Source: Bdellovibrio sp. ZAP7 (GTDB taxonomy: Bacteria; Bdellovibrionota_B; Oligoflexia; Oligoflexales; RGVZ01). From it: DNA of 64,000 nucleotides. Each line of letters opens with the position of its first letter. The first letter of the stretch is position 1. The notes beneath the pieces are model-generated. The model was given only the letters and a program-made list of their open reading frames with translations. It ran no database searches and had not been told where the DNA came from. This document shows positions 36,094 through 45,850 of the stretch, piece by piece. Location of the stretch: NCBI GenBank assembly GCA_945900755.1, contig CAMDKS010000011.1:5837-69836 (forward strand), read 5' to 3'. A program made the position numbers and the translations under genes.

Positions 36094-37635
36094 CTAAATC
36101 CACACCATTCCATGTCGTTCATGACGTGAATTAGCCACACAAACGGTTTTCATTTCCGAGAAGAAGTCGAGGCTCGTCTGGCCGCCCTCTCGTCCCACAC
36201 CACTTTGTTTCATGCCGCCGAAAGCAGTGTGGAGATTTCTAATAAACCAACAATTGATCCACACTAGACCCGTGCGGATTTTGTTGGCCGCATCATTTGC
36301 TTTGTCGATGTCTTTCGTCCAAACAGAACAACTCAAACCATACTTGGTGCCATTCACCATATTTATAGCCTCGTCAAAGGTTTTGAAGGTTTGCACCGTC
36401 AAGACCGGTCCAAAAATTTCTTCTTGAATTAAACGAGAATCCTGCGGCACATTTGTCAGCAACGTTGGCTCAAACCAAGCTCCCGCTTTGGGCATGTGCT
36501 CAGGAATATCGCCGCCCGCCTCGACCTTGACGCCTGGAATCGTCTTGGCAAAGTCCACATACCCTTTGACCTTATTTCGATGCTCTACACCGCAGAGAGC
36601 ACCCAGCGTCGTCTCTGCGTCTAAAGGACTACCCATCTTGATTTTAGCGATTTCTGCTTTTACAATCTCAATGACTCGAGCTGACACAGATTCTTCCACG
36701 AGAAGTCGAGAACCCGCTAAACATACTTGGCCCTGATTACGCATGGCGGCTCGCGTCGCAATTTTTGCCGCTCGCTCGATGTCGCCATCCGCAAAAATAA
36801 TGCTGGCGCCTTTGCCACCAAGTTCAAAGCTCATCTTTTTTAAGGATGGAGCCCCTGCAGCCATGATGGCTGAACCTGTTGACGTTTCACCAGTAAACGA
36901 AATAGCTTTCACGTCAGGATGTTTCACTAACGCCTCACCAGCGCTGCTCGGCCCAAAACCCTGGACGATATTGACGACTCCCGGCGGCATTCCCACTTTA
37001 ATCATGATTTCGCCAAGGGCGTAAGCCGTCAGTGGTGTCAGTTCCGCAGGTTTCAACACGACGGAATTGCCTTGTGCCAAAGCGGGTGCCAGCTTCCACG
37101 TGGCCAGGTACAACGGCAAATTCCAAGGAGTGATTAAGCCCACAACTCCCAGAGGCTCCCTAATGGTCGTATGATGGCTTCCGTCGTCACTGCGATAGCT
37201 TGGGCTCATCTGATGATTGCAAAGATCCGCATAGAAATGGAAGTTGAATGCGGCCCTTGGGATATCTGCGTTCAAAGTTTCAGACAGGGGCTTGCCACTG
37301 TCTAGGGATTCTAATTCCGCAAACTCTTGCTTTCGTGCCAGCAACTCGTCACCAATTTTACGCAGCATAACGGCACGTTCGGTGGCCGTCGTCTTAGACC
37401 AGGGACCCTCACGCCAAGCCCTATCTGCGGCGGCAACCGCTAAGTCGATCTCCACTGCGCCGCCAAGGGCGACGTTGCAAAGAACCTCACCGTTTGCCGG
37501 ATTGACCGAATCAAACGTGCGGCTATCAGAGGACGCAGTGAATGCGCCATTAATAAAATGAAAGGCCGTTCCAGAGGGATTTTTTGGTAATAATGGATTT
37601 TTGGAGGGCATTGGGATCGAGAAATTTTCCGACAT
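36094..37635 (-). CDS. NAD(P)-dependent aldehyde dehydrogenase (semialdehyde dehydrogenase-like)
   Basis: FELGGKG, catalytic Cys in GQVCLAGSR, EEIFGPV. Confidence 0.9.
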   Translation of the reverse strand: MSENFSIPMPSKNPLLPKNPSGTAFHFINGAFTASSDSRTFDSVNPANGEVLCNVALGGAVEIDLAVAAADRAWREGPWSKTTATERAVMLRKIGDELLARKQEFAELESLDSGKPLSETLNADIPRAAFNFHFYADLCNHQMSPSYRSDDGSHHTTIREPLGVVGLITPWNLPLYLATWKLAPALAQGNSVVLKPAELTPLTAYALGEIMIKVGMPPGVVNIVQGFGPSSAGEALVKHPDVKAISFTGETSTGSAIMAAGAPSLKKMSFELGGKGASIIFADGDIERAAKIATRAAMRNQGQVCLAGSRLLVEESVSARVIEIVKAEIAKIKMGSPLDAETTLGALCGVEHRNKVKGYVDFAKTIPGVKVEAGGDIPEHMPKAGAWFEPTLLTNVPQDSRLIQEEIFGPVLTVQTFKTFDEAINMVNGTKYGLSCSVWTKDIDKANDAANKIRTGLVWINCWFIRNLHTAFGGMKQSGVGREGGQTSLDFFSEMKTVCVANSRHERHGMVWI

Positions 37636-37701
37636 AAACTTTAGTCCTTAGTAACTAGTGACATGGTACATGATTTTTCTTTCTGATGCCGCATATTTTT
37701 T

Positions 37702-37732
37702 AGCAAAGTGTCTCATTTGTTGACACTTTGCT
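37702..37732. promoter_or_regulatory. perfect 11-bp inverted repeat with 9-bp spacer in a divergent promoter region (operator candidate)
   Basis: agcaaagtgtc-tcatttgtt-gacactttgct, between the ALDH start (37635) and the 37859 gene. No flanking U-tract in terminator orientation. Confidence 0.4.
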
Positions 37733-37858
37733 GGAAAGGCGACAGGTGGAGGTTGATAAATAACGTAAATATAGGGAGTTACAGAAACCCGCTGGTGGCC
37801 GAGGTCTTGCTTAAGTGTTGGCAAGGAGGTCACTTGATAGTGATGTCTGGCCACTGGA

Positions 37859-38599
37859 ATGTCTCTATTTTATTATTTCTTTGTCGTGGAGTTGATTGTG
37901 AATTCAGCGTTTATCATTCGGATCATAACCGCCATTTGTACTGGGCTATTGACTACGCTTGGGATTGCCGCCGGAATCGTGACTCATGCCGTATGGGAAA
38001 CAAAAAATAGGTCTCAAGAGACGGCCTTTTCGTCAAAAAATTCGTTGATGGCTTTTTCCGTGGGAACTCCATCCCAATTTTCACTGACTGAAGGAAGCCG
38101 CACTAAATTTGAAGGAAAACCTTCCGTGAGTGGCGAATCTATCGCCATGGCCTTGGCGACGTTCAAAATTCGTGTTCCCAAAGGCGTCAAAGGTCCCTTT
38201 ATAGACTTGAAGATTTCTGACCGCGGTATGACCATTCGTAACGGTGCGTTATCATCAATGACAGTCTTTGTTGGGCAGGAAGCCTTTTCAAGTTGGTCGT
38301 TACTTGGTAGCACACTTGCCCATGAAATCGAAGTTCATTGTCGTCAGAGTTTTCTCTCAATTCACTTTCAAGGTCTCGTAGGCTATGACGGGGTAGGCGA
38401 CGCTGAGCGCGAAGCCTATTCCTATGAGTTGACGAATGCAGGTCGATTTGGATTGTCTGATTATGATAAAGCTCTCATTCGCAGCACAGTAGCCTATTAC
38501 TATCCTGAGCGCAGTAACACCTTCGTGCAACGTCTAAAACCAATTAATAGTTGGTTCAATCGATTGGCCGCAAATGGATTTATAAACGGCACATTTTAA
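37859..38599 (+). CDS. membrane-anchored hypothetical protein
   Basis: N-terminal hydrophobic helix (IIRIITAICTGLLTTLGIAAGIV). No catalytic motif: HEIEVH is HExxxH, not HExxH. Confidence 0.45.
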   Translation: MSLFYYFFVVELIVNSAFIIRIITAICTGLLTTLGIAAGIVTHAVWETKNRSQETAFSSKNSLMAFSVGTPSQFSLTEGSRTKFEGKPSVSGESIAMALATFKIRVPKGVKGPFIDLKISDRGMTIRNGALSSMTVFVGQEAFSSWSLLGSTLAHEIEVHCRQSFLSIHFQGLVGYDGVGDAEREAYSYELTNAGRFGLSDYDKALIRSTVAYYYPERSNTFVQRLKPINSWFNRLAANGFINGTF

Positions 38600-38696
38600 A
38601 GTAATTTCTCCTTATATTTTGTATTTACTCAAAATATTTTGCCTCATGAAAATTGAAATTCCTCCGATGGCCTGAATAGGAAGCGGAGGTTTTTTT

Positions 38697-40043
38697 ATGA
38701 AAATTAGTGGACTAAATTCAGGTTTAGGCGTCGGGCCGGGTAGTGGGTCGCCGATGGTCGACCAAATTGTCGCGGCGGAGTCGGTTCCCGTAGAATCCTC
38801 TAAACAAAGACGCGAGTCGGTGATCGCAAAGAAAACAGAGTTTCAAAGCCTTGATTCACTTCTGTCAAAATTACAGGGGACCGCAGATAGTATCAAAATG
38901 CCGTCTGGCTTCCGAAAGCTACTTGTCGATTCCTCTCATCCCGATATTATCAGTGGTACCGTCTCGGACTCTGCTGAGGTGGGGAGCTATGAGATGGAGG
39001 TTTCCGGCCTTGCGCGTTCGGATAAACAGCTGGCCATTGGCTTTCCAGACAAAGACAAGACTGAGGTTGGATTTGGTTTTATGCGCGTAGGACTTAAAGG
39101 CTCCATGCACGAAGTGGTCATAGACCCAGGGTCTACCCTTAAAGATGTGGCGGCAAAAATAAATGAGTCCAGTAAAGGGGTTCGGGCCACCGTCATTAAC
39201 ACCGGTGCCAAAGAAGATCCATTTAGACTCCTTGTATCAAGTCTTGAATCCGGTGAGGAGGCGGTGGTTGATCTTGATCCCGACACGACCTTTACCGATT
39301 TCAAAAATCAGGTCAAAGGAAAAAACCTCGACGTTAAATTTGAAGGTGTCGACGTTAAACGAAAGACGAATGCGCTGGATGATTTGATTGACGGCGTAAA
39401 TTTGAAGGTTGCGAAGGCAGAGCCTGGTACCAGCGTGACGGTAAATGTTCGGCACGATGTCGATAGAACGTCCGAGGGTGTAAAAGATTTTGTTAAACAG
39501 TACAATGAGGTCCAGTCGTTTAGCCACAAACAAGGGCAGAAGGATGCGGCCACAGGCCAGTCCGGCCAGTTGTCAGGAGATAGCTCCCTGCGGCAGGTTG
39601 GCCGTTCATTACAAAGTGCGGTCTCCAGCGTTTCCTTATCCACGGCCGGGATTACGACCAACCCAAAAAATGGCGAACTGCAAATTGATGAGGCTAAACT
39701 GAAGGAGGCTTTGACTTCTAATTATGATGGTGTAGCCAATTTATTTGCAAACGGAGAACATGGGCCTGGGTTGGCTGCCCGTATGAGTGATGCGATCAGG
39801 GGACTTCAAGATCGGACCAGCGGTGCGGTGGCAACCCGATTGAAGGGCATGGATCAACGCATCAAAGCACAGGACAAAGACATCGCACACAAAGAAGAAC
39901 GGATGGAGCAGCGTCGCGTTCAACTTCAAAGAACCTTTGCCAATTTAGATTCGAAAATGGCAGGCATGCAGTCTCAGGGGCAAATGCTTTCAGCTCGCAT
40001 AGGCGCACCCGCGCCGCAGACGAATGGGTCTGAGTCCACTTGA
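38697..40043 (+). CDS. fliD: flagellar filament capping protein (hook-associated protein 2)
   Basis: N-terminus MKISGLNSGL...IV.AES.P; FliD-like middle and C-terminal coiled-coil (RLKGMDQRIKAQDKDI...FANLDSKM). GGAGG RBS. Confidence 0.85.
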   Translation: MKISGLNSGLGVGPGSGSPMVDQIVAAESVPVESSKQRRESVIAKKTEFQSLDSLLSKLQGTADSIKMPSGFRKLLVDSSHPDIISGTVSDSAEVGSYEMEVSGLARSDKQLAIGFPDKDKTEVGFGFMRVGLKGSMHEVVIDPGSTLKDVAAKINESSKGVRATVINTGAKEDPFRLLVSSLESGEEAVVDLDPDTTFTDFKNQVKGKNLDVKFEGVDVKRKTNALDDLIDGVNLKVAKAEPGTSVTVNVRHDVDRTSEGVKDFVKQYNEVQSFSHKQGQKDAATGQSGQLSGDSSLRQVGRSLQSAVSSVSLSTAGITTNPKNGELQIDEAKLKEALTSNYDGVANLFANGEHGPGLAARMSDAIRGLQDRTSGAVATRLKGMDQRIKAQDKDIAHKEERMEQRRVQLQRTFANLDSKMAGMQSQGQMLSARIGAPAPQTNGSEST

Positions 40044-40050
40044 AGCGTTG

Positions 40051-41082
40051 TTAACAGCCGACTTGCCGGTCAAGGCCGGTGATGCTTAGCTTGATCCATT
40101 CGCCCCTTAAATTAAGGTGCTCCAGCTGAAGCTTCTTGATCGATTCGGGAAGGACACAGACATGGTTGCCGTCCAGCATTAAATAGCGAAGGTTGGTTAA
40201 TTCACCGATTTGTGAAATATCGGAGATGTTGTTGTTGCGAATATTTAACCACCTTAAGGTCGTTAGGTCAGCCATCGCAGCAACGGTGAAAAAATTATTT
40301 CCTTCGATATTGATTGCATCAATTCGATCGAGATCTTCTAATCCAGTAACTGTCGAGAGTTGATTGCGAGCTACGTCAAGCAGGATTAACATCGATTTAG
40401 ATCGCGTCACATCCAGTGACGTGATTTTGTTGTCTTCCACCAGCAAATGGGTAAACGATAAGGATGCAAGTGGTGTCGCATCAGATATTTGGTTCTGTCC
40501 CAAATAAAGGGTGCGAAGCTGATGGAGAGTGGTAAGGGGGCTGATATCTGTGAGGCGGGCCTCAGAGATCGAGAGTGTTTCAAGAGCCTTCAGGTTGGAT
40601 AAGGGGCTCAAATCGGAAATATTGGTTCGAGAGGCATCCAATTCTCGAAGTCTTACTAATTGTGAGACACCGGAAATATCGGAAACTGGATTGAAGTTTA
40701 TATTCAGTAGGGTGAGATTTCCTAAATTGGCAATAGGACTAAGGTCGGAGATCTCATTTTTGGCGATAGAGAGCGCCAACAAATGCGTTGCATCTTCGAG
40801 GGGGTGCAAATCGCGGGCCAAATTGCGAGGTGTTTCTAATGGGTCGGGCCACAACGAAAGATATTTGCGGTCTTCAAGGCGTGCTTGGGTCATTCTGCAA
40901 TTCTCATCCGATGGATCGCCCCAGATGCCTAGTTTAGTCATGATCGCATCAACCGTATTTCGCTCATCTTGGTTTTCAGCCCCCACGCAGTAATCGTAGA
41001 ATCCTTTGGATAGGGCTGGAGTGGTGGCCAAATTAAGGCTACCAAAGCTGGCGGCAAGTAAGATTATAGTTCTTAAGTTCAT
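40051..41082 (-). CDS. secreted leucine-rich-repeat (internalin-like, 22-residue LRR) protein
   Basis: Signal peptide. At least 10 repeats of L..L..L.L..N.I.D(I/L)SPL. Confidence 0.8.
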   Translation of the reverse strand: MNLRTIILLAASFGSLNLATTPALSKGFYDYCVGAENQDERNTVDAIMTKLGIWGDPSDENCRMTQARLEDRKYLSLWPDPLETPRNLARDLHPLEDATHLLALSIAKNEISDLSPIANLGNLTLLNINFNPVSDISGVSQLVRLRELDASRTNISDLSPLSNLKALETLSISEARLTDISPLTTLHQLRTLYLGQNQISDATPLASLSFTHLLVEDNKITSLDVTRSKSMLILLDVARNQLSTVTGLEDLDRIDAINIEGNNFFTVAAMADLTTLRWLNIRNNNISDISQIGELTNLRYLMLDGNHVCVLPESIKKLQLEHLNLRGEWIKLSITGLDRQVGC

Positions 41083-41203
41083 ATAGATAGTGTTCTATGA
41101 TCCAAGAATTCTGTCAAGGTCTTGATTCCTTACAACAGGGCTGGCGTCCCTGGTCCCATCAGTGGTAGCATGACTGAATTGTGGCTGGAGAATGAGGATA
41201 GGC

Positions 41204-41860
41204 ATGACTGATACATTGAAGCATTCGCGACGAGAGTTCAAAAAGGGCGTCCTCCTTGAAGGGGATCTGCCCAAAAATCCTTTAGATTTACTTATGTCGT
41301 GGTATTACGATGCGGTGGACCAGGGCGTTGCGGATGCGAATGCGATGAGCCTTTCAACACTCGATGTGGATGGTTTTCCAGTCAGCAGGATTGTCTTGCT
41401 TCGAGACATTAAGAAGCTCGAATCGGAAAAAAATGAACTTATTTTCTTTACCAACTATGAAAGCAGCAAAGGCGGTGAAATCAAGGCGTGTCCTAAGGGG
41501 GGCTTGCTTTTTTTCTGGCAACCCCTTGAGCGGCAAGTGCGCGTTCGGGGCCGGTTTGAGAAAATTTCTGCTGCTGATTCAGAGGCTTATTTTTCCACTA
41601 GGCCTCGCGAAAGCCAGATCGGGGCTTGGGCCTCACCCCAGAGCCAAAAAGTAGGGTCGAGGGAGGCTCTAGAGGGCCGTGTGGCTGAGTTTGCAGCGAA
41701 GTTTGGTGCGGGCGGCATTCCTTGTCCGCCGCACTGGGGTGGCTATAGGCTCGTTCCGGACATGTTTGAATTTTGGCAGGGTCGGCCCAGCCGACTGCAT
41801 GATCGTCTGCGTGCCACCCGCCGCAGTCAGGATTGGGAGTGGGAACGTCTGGCGCCCTGA
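41204..41860 (+). CDS. pdxH: pyridoxamine 5'-phosphate oxidase
   Basis: RIVLLRD, FFTNYESSKG, LERQVRVRG, YFSTRPRESQIGAWAS, WGGYRL..FEFWQGR. Confidence 0.92.
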   Translation: MTDTLKHSRREFKKGVLLEGDLPKNPLDLLMSWYYDAVDQGVADANAMSLSTLDVDGFPVSRIVLLRDIKKLESEKNELIFFTNYESSKGGEIKACPKGGLLFFWQPLERQVRVRGRFEKISAADSEAYFSTRPRESQIGAWASPQSQKVGSREALEGRVAEFAAKFGAGGIPCPPHWGGYRLVPDMFEFWQGRPSRLHDRLRATRRSQDWEWERLAP

Positions 41861-41920
41861 GTCTCTGAAAGTGCTTGTCAGAAATGGGCTGTTTTTGTGT
41901 GGAGATGACTGATGAAAAGG

Positions 41921-41951
41921 TGCAGGCGCGAAACTAAGTTTCGCGCCTGCA
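41921..41951. terminator. bidirectional stem-loop terminator between convergent genes
   Basis: tgcaggcgcgaaac-taa-gtttcgcgcctgca, a perfect 14-bp stem. AT-rich flanks. Confidence 0.7.
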
Positions 41952-42010
41952 TTAATTTGAAAGGAGATATAAACGAAGAACTACTATTAGGTCCAACTTG
42001 TCGAAGGCGG

Positions 42011-43192
42011 TTAGTTTTTAACCGAGGCCTGTATCGGCGACTGAGCTGGCGACTGAGCTGGCGACTGAGCTGGCGACTGTGTTGGCGACTGTGTTGGCGA
42101 CTGTGTTGGCGACTGAGGTTGGACGGGGCCAGATTTAGATACTTCGGCATCAATCGGTGCTGTAGGTTTGACATTCGGCGTAGTAGCAGGGACTTCTACG
42201 TATTTGTCTTTGCCATTGCCTTTGCACTGGGTTCCAGCCTTAATATCTACGATCGAGTGATGGCGTGACTCTGTTTCAGAACCGCTGTTTAGGACCTCGG
42301 TAACGTCAAATTTATTTGTTTGAGTATGATCATCGCGAACAATCACTTCGCGGCTGTAAGAAGCGCTTTCGCCCTTCGTTCCAAATGAGATCACTAAATC
42401 ATGAACATAATCTAGACCATCTTTTACGCGGCTCACTGCGATCGAGCCAGAGGCGTCAGAAGGCTGGCCATCTTTTTCATAAGCGAGGTCAATCGTCGAC
42501 GCAAATGAACCAACCTTATCGGCTCCAAGGGATCGTTCAAAATTGAGAGAAATAATTTCAACGTCATCGCTGTGCTTCGTTGCATCGTCAATGGTCTCGC
42601 CGGCGATAGGAAGGAGTTTAATGGTGACGATGCCTTTAGTCACCTTAATGCCATTTTCGTCCACGACGCTGCTTGTGCCGTCGATTTTAAGGCCGAGTTC
42701 GAGGGTGATAAACTGTGAAAGAGCTTGTGCCTCTTTCGCTAGGGAGGCATTAATTTTTCCAAGGTCAGTTTCGCTTAACTTGGCAAGGACGACTGTTTTC
42801 AAAAGTAGACCCAGAATTTCATGGCTATCATCGCCATTTACATTCAAACCGCTTTTGCGGCAGTAGTTTGCCTCGTCGCTATAGAAGCTATCTGCAAGGA
42901 TGACCTTTTCGCCAGATTTCGCGATAATCAAGCCACGATATTTTCGAACAGATGAGCGAAATGTTCCTACATAGTCGTTCTTTGCAAATTCCTTGATGAC
43001 AAGGTCAGCGGCAGCGTTATGAAGGTTGTCGAGGTGCTTCAAAAAATCTTCGGGTCCCGTGGCATTAAGGGGTGCCTCTGAAGTCGTCGACTTGAGTTGA
43101 CTGCTCTTGCTGTCTTTTTTGACGTTAACTTTGACAACGCAGCTACTGATGATAAGTCCTGAGAGGATGGTCGCTATGATTCTAGTGTTCAT
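42011..43192 (-). CDS. lipoprotein of unknown function with C-terminal QSP(T/A) tandem-repeat tail
   Basis: ATG 43192 with GGAG RBS. Lipobox LIISSC. C-terminus PQSPTQSPTQSPTQSPAQSPAQSPAQSP. Confidence 0.6.
   Translation of the reverse strand: MNTRIIATILSGLIISSCVVKVNVKKDSKSSQLKSTTSEAPLNATGPEDFLKHLDNLHNAAADLVIKEFAKNDYVGTFRSSVRKYRGLIIAKSGEKVILADSFYSDEANYCRKSGLNVNGDDSHEILGLLLKTVVLAKLSETDLGKINASLAKEAQALSQFITLELGLKIDGTSSVVDENGIKVTKGIVTIKLLPIAGETIDDATKHSDDVEIISLNFERSLGADKVGSFASTIDLAYEKDGQPSDASGSIAVSRVKDGLDYVHDLVISFGTKGESASYSREVIVRDDHTQTNKFDVTEVLNSGSETESRHHSIVDIKAGTQCKGNGKDKYVEVPATTPNVKPTAPIDAEVSKSGPVQPQSPTQSPTQSPTQSPAQSPAQSPAQSPIQASVKN
42036..42119. repeat. 7 tandem copies of a 12-bp unit (two variants, 3+3+1) inside the lipoprotein gene
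   Basis: ggcgactgagct x3, ggcgactgtgtt x3, ggcgactgaggt x1. Confidence 0.95.
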
Positions 43193-43387
43193 GATTTTTC
43201 TCCGATGCGTGTGAAGGCCGTTAACGATGTAATCCTTGATGCAAGGAGCGAGCCAACAGGCAGTGAGGCCTGCATCCTCCGAAAAAATCTGCAATTACAG
43301 TGGGTTAAAATTTTTGCAAACGCATGAAAGGACACGGGAGTGTCGTGTTTTTTGACAGTTTGTAAAAACAGCCTCATCACGCACCTT

Positions 43388-43415
43388 TTGATTCTGCCGA
43401 TAGATGACTCATAAT
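43388..43415 (+). promoter_or_regulatory. sigma-70-like promoter candidate for the cyclase gene
   Basis: TTGATT-N16-CATAAT, about 45 nt upstream of ATG 43463. Confidence 0.35.
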
Positions 43416-43462
43416 AGAGAAGAAATCCCCATTGTTCCTTTCAATTTTTGCGGAAATATCGA

Positions 43463-45850
43463 ATGCCAATAGGATTTGCTCCTAAAACCTCCGGACATCA
43501 CCACTGGCTCGACCGCTACAGCTTGAGCGGCAGGACGGCAAGCTGCATTGCGGTGTGTTGGTGCCTCATTTTCCTCTACGCCTCCTGGAGTTCGGTTGGC
43601 GACTATTTGAATACCAAGATTGCAGATCCTCTAAATTTTAAAATCCGCGACCTGGTTGGGAAAACACAGGTGTTGGACTCACGGATCAAGGTGTTCGCAT
43701 TCGACGATAAAGCTTACTCCCAGTATGGCGAAGGAACTATTTCGATTGAATCGTGGGCTGATGTCTTGGAGGCGGTGGTTGCCAAGCAGCCAAAAGTCAT
43801 TGTAGTCGACAGCATGTTTAGCGAAAGCCCGCGAACCATATCGGAGGCAGCGCAAGCAAAATTTATGCGGGTAAAACAGACCGGAGTTCCTGTGGTTTCA
43901 GGATCCTTTACGCAAGATCAGGATCGGCTTAAGAGGAATCATTTACAACTGAGTGCGCCCCAATACTCCTTGGAAACGTACCTAGATATCGAGGTCTCCC
44001 CAAAAGATCTCAATCAGGGTCAAAAACAAATGCCAGACTGGATGAATCGTAAGGGCTGGACCGCATACGGTCCAAGTGAGATTTATGAACACGTGTTTGA
44101 TAAAGTTGGGCATTTTCAGTTGACCCGGGAAAGTAGAGTTGAACCATTTCTTTGGTTAGGTGATCAATCTGTTATTCCGCATGTTGCGATGTTTGCTGCC
44201 GATTCAGTGAAATTTTCCGATCGCAATATGATCGTCAACGGCCATAGAGTGGTTCTTAATTCTAAAGGTGAATCACCTGTAAATTTTGTGGCACCCAGCC
44301 AGATTGACGTTCATTCTATGAACGGCCTATTGGATAAATCAAGACAAGCAAAGTGGCTTTCAAACGTCAAGGCAGGGGATGTGGTGGTGCTGCTTCCGGC
44401 CTACTTCACGGGAAACGTCGATGTGAGGCCTAGCCCGTATGGATTTATTCCTGGCGGTCACTATATAGTTAGCGTCATCAATAGTGTTATGACCGGGCGA
44501 TGGTTGCAGCCGGTCATGGTGGATGAGGTACTAATCATAATTTTTGTTGTGATTTTTTCTGTCGCAGCCTTCCAATTAAAATCGCTGCAGTACTTGCTGG
44601 CATTTGGCATCTTTTCAGCTAGTGCGTTTGCCTGTGCACAGGCTTTATTTTTTAACTTTGGACTGGTCGTGCCGTACGTATTGCCACTCCTTGCAGGGGG
44701 CTTGTCTGGTGTCACAATTTTTCTAGTGAGCCGTCAGCATGAGGAAAGACGCTCCATCATCGTTCACGCAGCCCTCGATGGCTCAGTTTCTCCCGGACAG
44801 CTGGAAATGGTTTTGCGCAGTCCTGACGGTGCTAACCTTGAGACCAGAGAGCGCATAGTCTCGATCATGTTCATTGATATTGTCGGATTTTCGCTGTCTA
44901 CAGAAGCCATGGTTCCACGAGCGGCGTTTGATTGTCTAAAAAATCTTCTCGGGAAGATGTCAGCCATCGTGCACTATCATGGTGGTGTTGTTGATAAAAC
45001 CTTAGGAGATGGCTTGCTCTGCTATTTTGGGTATCGGTTTGACTCCGATGTTACGGTTTCACAACACGCCGAAATGGCCGTTCGTTGTGCCATTGAAATT
45101 CAAGAAACATTGCTTATAGAAAATTTGGCGGCGGCTCGAGCGTTGGCGCCAATTTTTCCGTTGAGGATTGGAATAAATACCGCATCGTGCTATTTGGGCG
45201 ATTTAGGTTCCGGCAACAGGGTCGAGTTTACAGTCGTTGGCAACGGTGTGAATTTTGCAAAACGCTTAGAAGCATCCTGTGAAAATAATTGTGTGATGAT
45301 TGGTCCGACGACCGCCGACCTCTTGACTGGTGCTGCTTTGGGTGAAGCGACCATGGAACCCAAAATGATTCAGATTAAACACTATCAAGAACCGATCGCA
45401 GCGTGGCAAATAAATCCAATCGTCACTCGTAAATCGGATGCCGAAGAGATTGACTTGGCCATTAGAGAAAGAGACCAATATCGGCGTAACAATGGGCGGG
45501 TGGTGTTGTCTGATCCTAATAGCATTGTTCTTACGACGGATCTCGGCTCAGCACAGCTCCTAAACTATAGCGCCACGGGCGTTAATATATTATTGGACTC
45601 CCCACTTGCGCCATCAAAAATTATTATTATTAATTTTGAGAGCCGAGAGCCAGGAATGAGTGCGGCGCTTCGGGCGTTGAAAGTGGAAGATGTCGAAGGC
45701 TATGTGTGCTGGACCTACGCCTCTGGGAGTTCCTTTGCTCATGGTATCAAGTTCATGAACTTATCGTCTGCGCAGCAAAGGGATTTTGTGCGAATTCTCT
45801 CAGAGCATGCGTTTTTGAAGCCGATTCAGAAAGTAGCAGGTGGGTTTTGA
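43463..45850 (+). CDS. CHASE2 sensor - class III adenylate/guanylate cyclase - PilZ fusion protein
   Basis: N-terminal TM helix plus a ~330-aa periplasmic region followed by 3 TM helices (CHASE2-like layout). Cyclase core: IMFIDIVGFS, KTLGDGLL, RIGINT, VVGNGVNFAKRLE. C-terminal PilZ motifs: RRNNGR, then NYSATG 21 aa later. Confidence 0.75.
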   Translation: MPIGFAPKTSGHHHWLDRYSLSGRTASCIAVCWCLIFLYASWSSVGDYLNTKIADPLNFKIRDLVGKTQVLDSRIKVFAFDDKAYSQYGEGTISIESWADVLEAVVAKQPKVIVVDSMFSESPRTISEAAQAKFMRVKQTGVPVVSGSFTQDQDRLKRNHLQLSAPQYSLETYLDIEVSPKDLNQGQKQMPDWMNRKGWTAYGPSEIYEHVFDKVGHFQLTRESRVEPFLWLGDQSVIPHVAMFAADSVKFSDRNMIVNGHRVVLNSKGESPVNFVAPSQIDVHSMNGLLDKSRQAKWLSNVKAGDVVVLLPAYFTGNVDVRPSPYGFIPGGHYIVSVINSVMTGRWLQPVMVDEVLIIIFVVIFSVAAFQLKSLQYLLAFGIFSASAFACAQALFFNFGLVVPYVLPLLAGGLSGVTIFLVSRQHEERRSIIVHAALDGSVSPGQLEMVLRSPDGANLETRERIVSIMFIDIVGFSLSTEAMVPRAAFDCLKNLLGKMSAIVHYHGGVVDKTLGDGLLCYFGYRFDSDVTVSQHAEMAVRCAIEIQETLLIENLAAARALAPIFPLRIGINTASCYLGDLGSGNRVEFTVVGNGVNFAKRLEASCENNCVMIGPTTADLLTGAALGEATMEPKMIQIKHYQEPIAAWQINPIVTRKSDAEEIDLAIRERDQYRRNNGRVVLSDPNSIVLTTDLGSAQLLNYSATGVNILLDSPLAPSKIIIINFESREPGMSAALRALKVEDVEGYVCWTYASGSSFAHGIKFMNLSSAQQRDFVRILSEHAFLKPIQKVAGGF

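Noticed and set aside
38320-38340. HEIEVH in the 246-aa protein as a possible zinc-protease motif
   Set aside because: The spacing is HExxxH, not HExxH, and there is no downstream third-ligand block.
42036-42119. Short tandem repeats considered as a possible CRISPR-like array
   Set aside because: The units are 12 bp, contiguous without spacers, in frame and coding. No CRISPR-like repeat-spacer structure occurs anywhere in the window.
43396-43404. GCCGATAG as a sigma-28 (FliA) -10 element upstream of the cyclase gene
   Set aside because: There is no TAAA-type -35 at the required ~15-nt distance. A sigma-70-like TTGATT-N16-CATAAT overlaps the same bases.
45706-45846. 5' part of the ORF-track ORF 45706..46422 overlapping the cyclase gene
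   Set aside because: This part overlaps the PilZ-coding end of the cyclase in another frame. A lipoprotein signal begins only at TTG 45847, so only 45847..46422 is kept.
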